A DNA stretch of 64,000 nucleotides from an uncultured Mediterraneibacter sp. (GCA_944384505.1 CALWTQ010000008.1:4929-68928), one strand, 5' to 3'. Shown: positions 18,813 through 26,987, counted from the first letter of the stretch. Notes: generated by a model not told the origin, from the sequence alone. Program-made: numbers and translations.

Positions 18813-20090
18813 CTACCCTTCTTCATCTTCCACTTTTACAAAAATATCCGCAGCATGCGGAATAACCAGAAACGTTGCATCCCTGCCGTATAGTCTGAGC
18901 GAATCCTCCACTGCATCCTGTACTGTAGGATAATAATGGAAAAACATTTCTTCCAGCTCTTCTCTGGACATCAGACTGTTCGCAATACTGATCCGATGTT
19001 TCATCATCCCTCTTGCCCACATATAAGCCTTACCAGTCGCATCCGCTGTCATTCCGACACGTTTAAAAAGGTCAATTACTTCCTGTGGACTATTTGCATT
19101 CTTCAGGTGTTTCCCAAATTTTGCCGATCCATCCGGGGCTTCCGCGCATACAATAATATGTCCTCCCGGCCTGCAGGCCATTTCTGCTACAGAACTTGCT
19201 TTCTGGGCCTGATGCAGATCAAAGTCTCTCGGATAACCCCCCGGGCTTACAATCACAACATCCGCTCTTGTCGGAATACTGGTCGTCCAAATCTCTGCAC
19301 ATATCTTTGTCCCGGCTATATGGGCTTCATTTAAATCCCCGGCCACAGCCGCGACCATTTCCCGGCTGGCATTGTCAATATTATTGACAATAAAGTCAAC
19401 GCCTGCCAGTCTTGCCGCTGCCAGCGCCTGCTCATGAAACAGATTTCCTTCCATCCACCCCATTGCTGGATCTGCCGGAACTACAGGAAATGAATGATGC
19501 AGTTTCAGGCACGCCATTCCGGAAATTCCCGGAACAATGCTTTTTCTTCCTCCTGAAAACCCGGCACAGGAATGTGGAGTAATAAGTCCTGTCAGTATTT
19601 TTACTTCCGCCTCCGCGAACTCCTTATTGATCTGCACCGTCATGCCATACTTTGTTTTCCCAAGCGTTTTCAAAGTACTGTCATCGTCGGCCTTGTGATG
19701 AACAAAGCGGAATCTTCTTACTATATTTTCGCCAAACATCTGTATTAGCTCTTCTTCCGTTTCCACACGGTGCGTTCCATACGCTACTACCAGAAAAATT
19801 TCCTCATCTTTGAGGCCAGCCATATGCAATTCATCCGCAATCTCCTCTACCATTATTCCCCCCGGATATGGACGGGTAATATCATTTACCACGATTGCCG
19901 CCGAATGCTTTCCTTTGGCAATTTCTTTTAATCTGGGAGACCCTATGGGATTTTGAATCGTCCTCCGGATCTCCTGCCGTGCATCCGGCACTCCTTTCAC
20001 ATCTTTCGGCTCCGCTATTTTTAATACATTCGGTACGGAAGCTTTAACATATCCCTTTCCCAGCGGCAGCCTAATTTCTGTACGTTCCAT
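18813..20090 (-). CDS. LarA-family nickel-pincer-dependent racemase/epimerase
   Basis: VNDITRP, YGTHR, PHSCAGFSGGRKSIVPG, LHH, GGYPRDFDLHQAQKA match LarA catalytic and NPN-binding positions. Confidence 0.9.
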   Translation of the reverse strand: MERTEIRLPLGKGYVKASVPNVLKIAEPKDVKGVPDARQEIRRTIQNPIGSPRLKEIAKGKHSAAIVVNDITRPYPGGIMVEEIADELHMAGLKDEEIFLVVAYGTHRVETEEELIQMFGENIVRRFRFVHHKADDDSTLKTLGKTKYGMTVQINKEFAEAEVKILTGLITPHSCAGFSGGRKSIVPGISGMACLKLHHSFPVVPADPAMGWMEGNLFHEQALAAARLAGVDFIVNNIDNASREMVAAVAGDLNEAHIAGTKICAEIWTTSIPTRADVVIVSPGGYPRDFDLHQAQKASSVAEMACRPGGHIIVCAEAPDGSAKFGKHLKNANSPQEVIDLFKRVGMTADATGKAYMWARGMMKHRISIANSLMSREELEEMFFHYYPTVQDAVEDSLRLYGRDATFLVIPHAADIFVKVEDEEG

Positions 20091-20117
20091 CTTTTCACCT
20101 CTCCAAGAATAAGTTTA

Positions 20118-20239
20118 ACGTTATAGTTTTTCGTTAAATTAATTCTAATTTAGTACTATCCTATTGTCAACATATTTCTTTAATTATTGACAAAAAATTG
20201 GAATTATAAGATAATTAATATAACGTTTTACTATAACGT
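20118..20239. promoter_or_regulatory. Putative operators in second divergent promoter region
   Basis: ACGTTTTACTATAACGT at 20223-20239 (16/17 identical to 15981 copy); ACGAAAAACTATAACGT at 20118-20134 (-). Confidence 0.6.
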
Positions 20240-20267
20240 AAATATTATTCATGGAGGTGTCAGCTTT

Positions 20268-21668
20268 ATGATTGATTTTCATTCCCAGATAACCCGGTGG
20301 TCTATCAGCGAGCTTTCTGAAAAATATAGCCGTCTGGAAGTTTCTCCCGTTGAGGCTGTCTCGATTCTTTTAGACAATATAGAACACAGTCAGACGATTC
20401 TTAATTCTTTTATAACGGTCTGCCGTTCCCATGCCCTGAAACAGGCACGTCAGTCAGAAAAACGCTATCTTGAGAAATCTCCTCTCGGAATACTGGACGG
20501 TATTCCTTACGCAGCGAAAGACCTGATCTATACGAAAGGGATTCCTACCACGATGGGCTGCTCATACTATAAGGATTTCCGGCCTTCTTATAACGCACAT
20601 GTCATTACCCTGCTGGACAATCAAGGCTCTGTTCTTCTGGGAAAGGCAAATACACAGCAGTTTGCCATGGGCGCAACCGGTGACCGGTCTTTCACCGGGT
20701 CTGTGCATAATCCCTGCGATCCGTCAAAAATCTCCGGTGGTTCCAGCTCCGGTTCTGCCGCTGCTGTCGCCTCGGGTCTGTGCTCCTTCGCGCTGGCAAC
20801 TGATACCGGCGGTTCCGCCCGCGTACCGGCAGCTCTGTGCGGTGTCACAGGGATTAAACCGACTTATGGGAGGATCAGTACAAGAGGCATCTTTCCGGCA
20901 TCCACTACTTTTGATACAGTAGGCATTATTTCTGAATCTGTCCGTGACAGCGCAATTGTATTAAATGCGATCGCCGCATTCGATTCTGCAAATCCACTTT
21001 CATGCAGCTATCCTCAGGAAGATTTTACCCGCTCCCTCGAGAGCTCTCTCTCCGGAAGCATTATCCATATTCCCGAAGAACAGGTTCGCGGAAAGGCAGA
21101 CAGCGATATTGAGAAGAACTTTTGGAAATCCATACGGCTGCTAAAAGAACACGGCGCTGTTATCAGACATATGTCTTTTCCTGATTACTCTCTCTATCGT
21201 CAGGTCAGGACACAGATTTTATTTGCCGAAGCCTACTGTACACATGAGCAACTATATAATAAACATCCTTCTGTCTACGATGAAGATGTACGGAGTGATT
21301 TAGAAAACGGAAAAAAGATAACAGCTCCCGCATATATCCGCCTGTTAGAAAAGAATCGTGAATTCTCACTCATCTTTAGAGATCTGTTTAAAGATGTGGA
21401 AATCATGGCAGTCCCCTCCACTTCTATAGCTGCTACTGATATTGATTATCGTGGGAATGTCACAGTAAACGGAACGTGCACCGGACTATATGAAGCATTA
21501 TCCAGATTTAACTGGTTCTCCAGCATGAGCGGATATCCTGCTATCACAGTTCCCAATGGTTTCAGCGGGAATCTGCCAACAGGGATCCAGTTTATCGCCC
21601 GGCCATTCCAGGAAAATCGTCTGTATCAAATTGCTTATCAGCTTGAAAAATTACAGGAAATGTGCTGA
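20268..21668 (+). CDS. Amidase-signature family amidase (GatA-like, stand-alone)
   Basis: YAAKDLI, ISGGSSSGSAAAV, ATDTGGSARVPA give an intact Ser-cisSer-Lys triad; start moved from track 20187 to the ATG at 20268 behind GGAGGT. Confidence 0.9.
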   Translation: MIDFHSQITRWSISELSEKYSRLEVSPVEAVSILLDNIEHSQTILNSFITVCRSHALKQARQSEKRYLEKSPLGILDGIPYAAKDLIYTKGIPTTMGCSYYKDFRPSYNAHVITLLDNQGSVLLGKANTQQFAMGATGDRSFTGSVHNPCDPSKISGGSSSGSAAAVASGLCSFALATDTGGSARVPAALCGVTGIKPTYGRISTRGIFPASTTFDTVGIISESVRDSAIVLNAIAAFDSANPLSCSYPQEDFTRSLESSLSGSIIHIPEEQVRGKADSDIEKNFWKSIRLLKEHGAVIRHMSFPDYSLYRQVRTQILFAEAYCTHEQLYNKHPSVYDEDVRSDLENGKKITAPAYIRLLEKNREFSLIFRDLFKDVEIMAVPSTSIAATDIDYRGNVTVNGTCTGLYEALSRFNWFSSMSGYPAITVPNGFSGNLPTGIQFIARPFQENRLYQIAYQLEKLQEMC

Positions 21669-21735
21669 ACAAACTCTGTAACAGAGCATGATCGCAAATG
21701 GAACGCAAAGGCATGAATCTAACCGGCCGGATCTG

Positions 21736-22692
21736 TTATAAACAGGATATCTCCTCGATGCATCCGGCGATATCCGCGTTGATTCCCACCGATCTTTTGC
21801 CGAAGCTCTCCGGAACTACAGCTTCGTTCAGATTCAGCCGGATCAGAGACCATCCGCTATGTTCCCGAATCATATTTTCAAACGGGAAGCGGATAATCGT
21901 CGGAGTGTTGAATCCGACTCCAAGCTCCAGAAGCACGGTACGCTTTCCGGCGCACTCTTCAAGAAACGCGCCATAGCGTGCCGCCGCTTCATGCCAGTGC
22001 TCATCCTCCACAAAATACTGGTCACAGCGCAGATGCATCGCCATATTCCCGCCGCAAACCGGGCACTTAGGCACCAGCGCGGATGGGATCCGGCAGTCCT
22101 TCCGGGTCTCATTCATCTTTCGGAACAGCTCAATGGCGTCATACACCTTTGGATGACATCCCTTCTCACACTGAATCTCACCATAATCCCCCTGCGTAGC
22201 GAAAATATTTTCATCCGAAAATCCTGCTTTCCAGAACTGATGATCCACATTTGTCGTCAGTACAAAGTGCGGTTTTTCTTTTACCATATCATAAACTTTC
22301 CGATACAGCGGCATCGCGTCCGGCTCCACCCGGTTCAGCCACGCATGTTTAGACCAGTACGCCCATTTCTCCTCTTCCGTCGGGAAAGGATAAAAGCCCG
22401 CGCTGTACATATCCGTCATATATTGGGAGCCATATTTTTCAATAAATTCTTTGAAATTATCTGTAAAGCGCCGGCCGCCGTAATTCAAGCCGGCTGCTGT
22501 AGAAAGCCCGGCTCCGGCTCCGACAATCACTGCGTCCGCGTCTTTTAATAATTCCGCCGCCTGCCTGATCTGTTCTTCATAAGGCGTTGCCTGAAATATA
22601 TAATCCCTGGCAGGGATTCCACTTAAGAAGCGGGAAAAATCAACCTTCTCCGCCTCATTTTTCCTTCCGGATATACGAATTGCCATTTTCAT
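21736..22692 (-). CDS. Sirtuin, class M-like (Sir2 family NAD-dependent enzyme)
   Basis: GAGAGLSTAAG, FVLTTNVDHQF, TQGDY..QC, CPVCG, LELGVGFNTPTIIRFPFE; Gln-Gly-Asp where deacylases have HG. Confidence 0.85.
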   Translation of the reverse strand: MKMAIRISGRKNEAEKVDFSRFLSGIPARDYIFQATPYEEQIRQAAELLKDADAVIVGAGAGLSTAAGLNYGGRRFTDNFKEFIEKYGSQYMTDMYSAGFYPFPTEEEKWAYWSKHAWLNRVEPDAMPLYRKVYDMVKEKPHFVLTTNVDHQFWKAGFSDENIFATQGDYGEIQCEKGCHPKVYDAIELFRKMNETRKDCRIPSALVPKCPVCGGNMAMHLRCDQYFVEDEHWHEAAARYGAFLEECAGKRTVLLELGVGFNTPTIIRFPFENMIREHSGWSLIRLNLNEAVVPESFGKRSVGINADIAGCIEEISCL

Positions 22693-22859
22693 GCGCCTCC
22701 TGTTATCTTTTCTCTATTGCGGCAAACGGACAAGCTGTTCTCGTCCGTCAGCATAATATCAATCACACGAGTAACCGGCCTTCCATTTTCATCAACTGTG
22801 GCGATCACTGTAGAATGGATCTCCTCTCTCAGAATCCGCAGATAGTCTCTTGTCTCCAT
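22689..22859 (-). pseudogene. Pyridoxamine-5'-phosphate-oxidase-like / 4Fe-4S fusion gene collapsed by an internal deletion
   Basis: Frame 1 METRDYLRILREEIHSTVIATVDENGRPVTRVIDIMLTDENS; immediately after, another frame reads CPFAAIEKR* (ferredoxin CPxxAI end, TAA 22703-22705) followed by the GGAGG RBS of the sirtuin. Confidence 0.75.
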
Positions 22860-22883
22860 AGTAGCACACCTCTTGCCATATGT

Positions 22884-22934
22884 TTAGAATTCATACGGCG
22901 GGTTTGCCTGTAAAAATTCTACTACTTTGCTCAT
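22884..22934 (-). pseudogene. 16-codon remnant MSKVVEFLQANPPYEF of a PNPOx-family gene (first and last codons only)
   Basis: Strong RBS (AAGAGGAG) precedes it. From recall (not searched), N-term MSKVVEFLQANP and C-term NPPYEF match the two ends of a ~130-aa clostridial PNPOx family, joined at AACCCG. Confidence 0.6.
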
Positions 22935-23104
22935 AATAATTTCTCCTCTTCATTTTGTTTTTAATGTAACATTCGTTGTTCTATCTTGCAGTATAAAAAT
23001 ACCACCCTTTTATTGTAATGTCAATAGTTACATTAAGCTTTTTTGAGAAATTTGCAGCTATATATTCATTAACTCCCGTCTTGAAAAACCCAGAAAACAG
23101 CCCC

Positions 23105-23345
23105 ATTTCGAGAAAAATTCTGCGGAGATGGAGGATGGCTCCTGGCGCCTTCGGAAGGGGATTAGGGACAGTTAAAGCTGCGGCGACAGACGTTAGGGCT
23201 GACGGTGGAATTGTCTGAGCGGATACGCGAGTTGTCCACCGTCAGTCCTTGCATTTAGTCTGTCGCCGCAGCTTTTAGTTTCCCTTATCCCCTGGAGCGA
23301 AGCCAGGAGCCATCCTCCATCCCCGCAGAATACGTTTTAGAAATT
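23105..23345. repeat. ~240-bp imperfect palindrome (REP/REPIN/MITE-like long hairpin)
   Basis: Nested arms TTCTGCGG.GATGGAGGATGGCTCCTGGC / GCCAGGAGCCATCCTCCATCCCCGCAGAA; AAAGCTGCGGCGACAGAC / GTCTGTCGCCGCAGCTTT; CTGACGGTGGA / TCCACCGTCAG; central TGTCTGAGCGGATACGCGAGTT. Confidence 0.85.
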
Positions 23346-23403
23346 GTCCCTGTTTTCGGACGTTTTGCCTGCGGAAGTTATTGAACTTTATAGATGTTCA
23401 TTT

Positions 23404-23955
23404 TTATTGGATGGATTTTCCGAGCTCATACGCCTGCTGAATTTCTGTTTTCCCCGCGATATCGCCCGCATCCATATTCCCACCTGCAAGGACATGGCCG
23501 AGATTCTTCCATCTCAGATGCTCCATCAGATGATCATAGTAGCGAAGTACGTCTTCGAATCCATTTCCCTCTGCCGCCATCAGAAGGGCGGAGGCTCTGT
23601 CATGTCCTCTGAGGAGATTGCCGTCCCCCTCTTCCAGTGCAAACAGGCGGTCAAAAGCTGTTCTGATCTGGCCGCTTATGTTCCAGTAGTACAGCGGGCT
23701 CGCCAGCACTACTACATCGGCCTCCTTTACTGCCGGATAGATCTGATCCATATCATCCTTCTGAACACATGGACATTCTCTGCTGCTGTGTCCGCCAAAG
23801 CATCCTCTGCATCCGTGAATATTCATGTCGTTTAAAAAGAATTCTGCCACCGAATTCCCCGCGCTTTCCGCTCCCTGAGTGAAGGATTTTACAAGCGCCG
23901 AGGTATTTCCCTTTTTTCTTGGGCTACCGTTTAATGTTACAATCTTCTTGCTCAT
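23404..23955 (-). CDS. Iron-sulfur flavoprotein / multimeric flavodoxin (NAD(P)H-dependent FMN reductase family)
   Basis: LNGSPRKKGNT, GCRGC..CPC, ASPLYY. Confidence 0.9.
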   Translation of the reverse strand: MSKKIVTLNGSPRKKGNTSALVKSFTQGAESAGNSVAEFFLNDMNIHGCRGCFGGHSSRECPCVQKDDMDQIYPAVKEADVVVLASPLYYWNISGQIRTAFDRLFALEEGDGNLLRGHDRASALLMAAEGNGFEDVLRYYDHLMEHLRWKNLGHVLAGGNMDAGDIAGKTEIQQAYELGKSIQ

Positions 23956-23978
23956 ACTGTCTCTCCCTTCATTTGTAC

Positions 23979-24524
23979 TTAGAACTTATCGGCCAGCGCC
24001 GCCGCCTGAGCACACCCGTCTGTCTTTTCGATATCTCCTGTATTCAGGACGCCGGGAACCAGTACTTCGCCTACCATCTTCCATTTATTCAAAGCTGCTG
24101 TACGCTCCATAGGGATGCGGACTCCGTCCAGCACGGTCAGATCTTCTTCCTCGCAGCAGGCGATAATCGCACATTCTTTGCCGGCGATGTCTTTGCCTCC
24201 TACAACCAGGGAATAGATGCGGTCGATTACTGCCTTGATCTGGGACGGTATAGAATACCAGTAAACCGGCATAGTGAATACGAGGCCGTCAGCCTCCAGA
24301 ATTGCCGGGGCTATTGTGTTGAAATCATCGTCAAAGGTACATGCCTTCCCTGTACTGTAACACGTCTCACACGCATGGCAGCCGCTCAGCTTCATCATTG
24401 CCGCGTCGAATCTCGTCACTGTATGCCCTTTCTCCTCTGCCGCTTTGATAAAAGCGTCTGTCATAGCGAAGCTGTTTCCGTTTTTGCGCGGACTTCCTGT
24501 GATTACAACGATTTTTTTACTCAT
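23979..24524 (-). CDS. Iron-sulfur flavoprotein / multimeric flavodoxin paralog
   Basis: ITGSPRKNGNS, GCHACETC..C, TMPVYWY. Confidence 0.9.
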   Translation of the reverse strand: MSKKIVVITGSPRKNGNSFAMTDAFIKAAEEKGHTVTRFDAAMMKLSGCHACETCYSTGKACTFDDDFNTIAPAILEADGLVFTMPVYWYSIPSQIKAVIDRIYSLVVGGKDIAGKECAIIACCEEEDLTVLDGVRIPMERTAALNKWKMVGEVLVPGVLNTGDIEKTDGCAQAAALADKF

Positions 24525-24603
24525 GATAATCTCTCCTTTTCCTTGCGGATTTGACTTTCTCCGCTTCTGATATTACAATCATAGCAAGAATACGCCATAA
24601 AAC

Positions 24604-24630
24604 AAGTACGCACATAAAAGTGCGATACTT
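24604..24630. promoter_or_regulatory. Inverted repeat, likely operator of the adjacent HxlR regulator
   Basis: AAGTACGCAC-ATAAAA-GTGCGATACTT between divergent flavodoxin and HxlR genes. Confidence 0.5.
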
Positions 24631-24669
24631 ACAGTCAAGTTCAATACTTACCTAAAGGAGAGTGTAAAA

Positions 24670-25002
24670 ATGAGTAAAAGATGCATTTCTAACGAAAATC
24701 TAAGCACTACTGGATTCAGTTATACATTATCTCTGATCAACGGGAAATATAAGATGACAATTCTCTACACACTGATGGAATTCGGCGTGGTGAGATTCAA
24801 TGAAATGAAAAAATATATCGGGCAGATTTCCTATAAAACGCTGAGCTCCACACTGAAAGAACTGGAAGCTGACCAGCTTGTCCACAGGGAAGAATATCCG
24901 CAGATTCCGCCCAAAGTAGAGTACAGTCTGACCGAAAGGGGCAAGTCACTGATCCCTATTCTGGACGGGATGTGCGAGTGGGGTGATAAGAACCGGCTTT
25001 GA
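24670..25002 (+). CDS. HxlR-family winged-helix regulator
   Basis: LINGKYK..IL, VRFNEM, KTLSSTLKELEADQLV, PPKVEYSLTERGKSL. Confidence 0.93.
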   Translation: MSKRCISNENLSTTGFSYTLSLINGKYKMTILYTLMEFGVVRFNEMKKYIGQISYKTLSSTLKELEADQLVHREEYPQIPPKVEYSLTERGKSLIPILDGMCEWGDKNRL

Positions 25003-25062
25003 CGATCAAAGCCGGGCGGCATTTTACGAACATATTTTTATAGAACTGCATTTGTAAAATTA

Positions 25063-25704
25063 TCAATCTTTAAATCCCTGCAGCAATCTGACCGCAATTG
25101 ATTTTATAATTTCATAGATTGAAAGAAAAACATAATTTGCATGTGCCTGTTCCATTGCTTCTTTCTGCTTGTCTGTCACAACCGTATATGGATACACGCC
25201 AAATAAAAACGGGAAGAAGGCATAAATAAATCCCTGCCTGTCTTCCGCCGTCATATAAGGAAAAAACTTTTCCAGACATCCGGCAACCATTCTCATAGAA
25301 TTCCCATATACGGTCTTGAAGGCGACCAGATTCTCCATCCTGCTGTTGCTCTCCATGTCATAATGATTCATAGACATCAGTTTCAGCAGGCGGTCCCGTC
25401 TCTCCAGGGAATGTGCCAGCTCATCAGCGAACTGCTCAACAGACATTTCCTGATGACTCTGCCGTATAGAATTCAGATCCTGTATCCACGCTTCATACTC
25501 CCTCTGGAGCAGGGCAAGAAATATCTCCTCTTTCGTATGGAAATAATAATAGATTAAAGTGCGGGAAAAGGATGTTTTCTTTCCGACCTCTTTGAGGGTG
25601 ACATCTTTAAAATTCATCGTTTCATAAAGTTCCGCACAGGCATTAATAATTTCTTCTTTTCTTGCCCTTGTCAGCTCCGGGGATCCCTTCGGCATAATTG
25701 GCAC
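25063..25704 (-). CDS. TetR/AcrR-family transcriptional regulator
   Basis: RKEEIINAC, VTLKEVG..SRTLIYYYFHTKEEIF HTH. Confidence 0.9.
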   Translation of the reverse strand: MPIMPKGSPELTRARKEEIINACAELYETMNFKDVTLKEVGKKTSFSRTLIYYYFHTKEEIFLALLQREYEAWIQDLNSIRQSHQEMSVEQFADELAHSLERRDRLLKLMSMNHYDMESNSRMENLVAFKTVYGNSMRMVAGCLEKFFPYMTAEDRQGFIYAFFPFLFGVYPYTVVTDKQKEAMEQAHANYVFLSIYEIIKSIAVRLLQGFKD

Positions 25705-25765
25705 ACTCCTTTTCCTGGTTATATCAAGATTTCACAGCATATGAAGCTATAATCTAACGCATCTT

Positions 25766-25794
25766 ATTATACCGATATACTGACATTGCGTCAA
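25766..25794 (-). promoter_or_regulatory. Sigma70-type promoter of tetR overlapping an operator-like palindrome
   Basis: Minus strand TTGACG-17-TATAAT; plus strand CTGACA-TTG-CGTCAA resembles TTGACA-N3-TGTCAA. Confidence 0.55.
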
Positions 25795-25795
25795 A

Positions 25796-26953
25796 TCACA
25801 TGCACATTTTCAAAATCTCCACAACGTCCTTTTCATCCAGCGGAACATATGCACCTTTTAAATATCCCACCTCTACTGCCTTTGCCGCCATTTCCTCAAA
25901 TCTTGAATCGTCAATATTAAATTCAGCGAGCGTCATTGGCAGGCCAATAGACTTGAAAAACTTCTCCGTTGCATCGATTCCTGTATTTGCCACGGCAAAT
26001 TTATCTTCCGATGGAGTGACTCCCCAGACATTCACCGCATAAGTATAGAATTTATCCACTGTCGTGTCAGAGAGAACATAGCGCATCCATTTCGGCGTCA
26101 GCATGGCAAGCCCTGCTCCGTGGGTAATATCGTAGTGCGCGCTCAGTTCATGCTCAATGTAATGGCAGCTCCACATAAAGTTTTTACCTGTAGTCACCAG
26201 ACCGTTCAGCGCCAGAGAACTAGTCCACATAAGCTGTGCCCTTGCTTCATAGTTCTCCGGATCTTTCAGGGCGATTGGCGCGTATTTGATCACCGCGCGA
26301 AGCAGACCTTCACTGATCGCATCCGGAACGAACGCCTCTTCCTGATCAAAGTAGCTCTCAAGAATATGTGACATCATATCAGCGGCTCCAGAAGCTGTCT
26401 GATACGCGGGTACGGAATATGTATTTTCAGGATTCAGCACAGATACTCTCGGAAGCAGAAGGGGATGTCCCATTAAGAGTTTCTCTTCTGTCTCTTCATT
26501 AGAAATAACCGCTGCACAGTCCATCTCACTACCGGTTGCCGCAAGCGTCAGTACAACCGCAAGGGGAAGGGCATTTTCAATGGGGGCTTTCCCTGTTACC
26601 AGATCCCAGGCATCTCCGCCATAGTAAGCGCCTGCCGCAATCGCTTTTGAACAGTCGATAGTGCTGCCGCCGCCAACTGCCAGGATCATGTCGATCCCTT
26701 CTTTTTTGCAGATGTCTACTCCTTTATTCACAGTGCTGACTCTCGGATTTGGCTCGATGCCGCTCAGCTCAAAGATCTCAAAATCTTTCAGCAGATCCAG
26801 CAGCTTATCATATAAGCCGCTGCGTTTGATGCTGCCGCCTCCGTATGTCAGTAAAATCTTTTTTCCATAACCATTCAGCTTTTCGGGAAGGTTCTTTTCC
26901 TGATCCCTGCCAAACAGGATATCAGAAGGAACATAAAATTCAAAATTTTTCAT
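25796..26953 (-). CDS. Iron-containing alcohol dehydrogenase (BdhA/YqhD type)
   Basis: YGGGSIK, VGGGSTIDCSK, LAATGSEM, HILESYF, CHYIEHELS, HGAGLA. Confidence 0.92.
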   Translation of the reverse strand: MKNFEFYVPSDILFGRDQEKNLPEKLNGYGKKILLTYGGGSIKRSGLYDKLLDLLKDFEIFELSGIEPNPRVSTVNKGVDICKKEGIDMILAVGGGSTIDCSKAIAAGAYYGGDAWDLVTGKAPIENALPLAVVLTLAATGSEMDCAAVISNEETEEKLLMGHPLLLPRVSVLNPENTYSVPAYQTASGAADMMSHILESYFDQEEAFVPDAISEGLLRAVIKYAPIALKDPENYEARAQLMWTSSLALNGLVTTGKNFMWSCHYIEHELSAHYDITHGAGLAMLTPKWMRYVLSDTTVDKFYTYAVNVWGVTPSEDKFAVANTGIDATEKFFKSIGLPMTLAEFNIDDSRFEEMAAKAVEVGYLKGAYVPLDEKDVVEILKMCM

Positions 26954-26987
26954 TTTGCTGTTTTCTCCTTTTTAATTCTTAAATTAT

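Noticed and set aside
17340-21668. pyrC (dihydroorotase) and gatA (tRNA amidotransferase) calls
   Set aside because: No other pyr genes and no gatB/gatC; context and shared operator indicate catabolism
4306-21735. Integrative element boundaries for the catabolic cluster
   Set aside because: No integrase, tRNA or flanking direct repeats seen; horizontal origin remains unproven
21736-22692. Sir2 as anti-phage NADase (Thoeris/DSR/pAgo-linked)
   Set aside because: Sequence is class-M-like with a Zn-binding module and stress-operon context; no TIR, pAgo or HerA partner
23105-23345. CRISPR array or simple terminator; also track ORF 23018-23218
   Set aside because: Inverted rather than direct repeats, no spacers or cas genes, far longer than a terminator; the ORF is a by-product of the GC-rich palindrome
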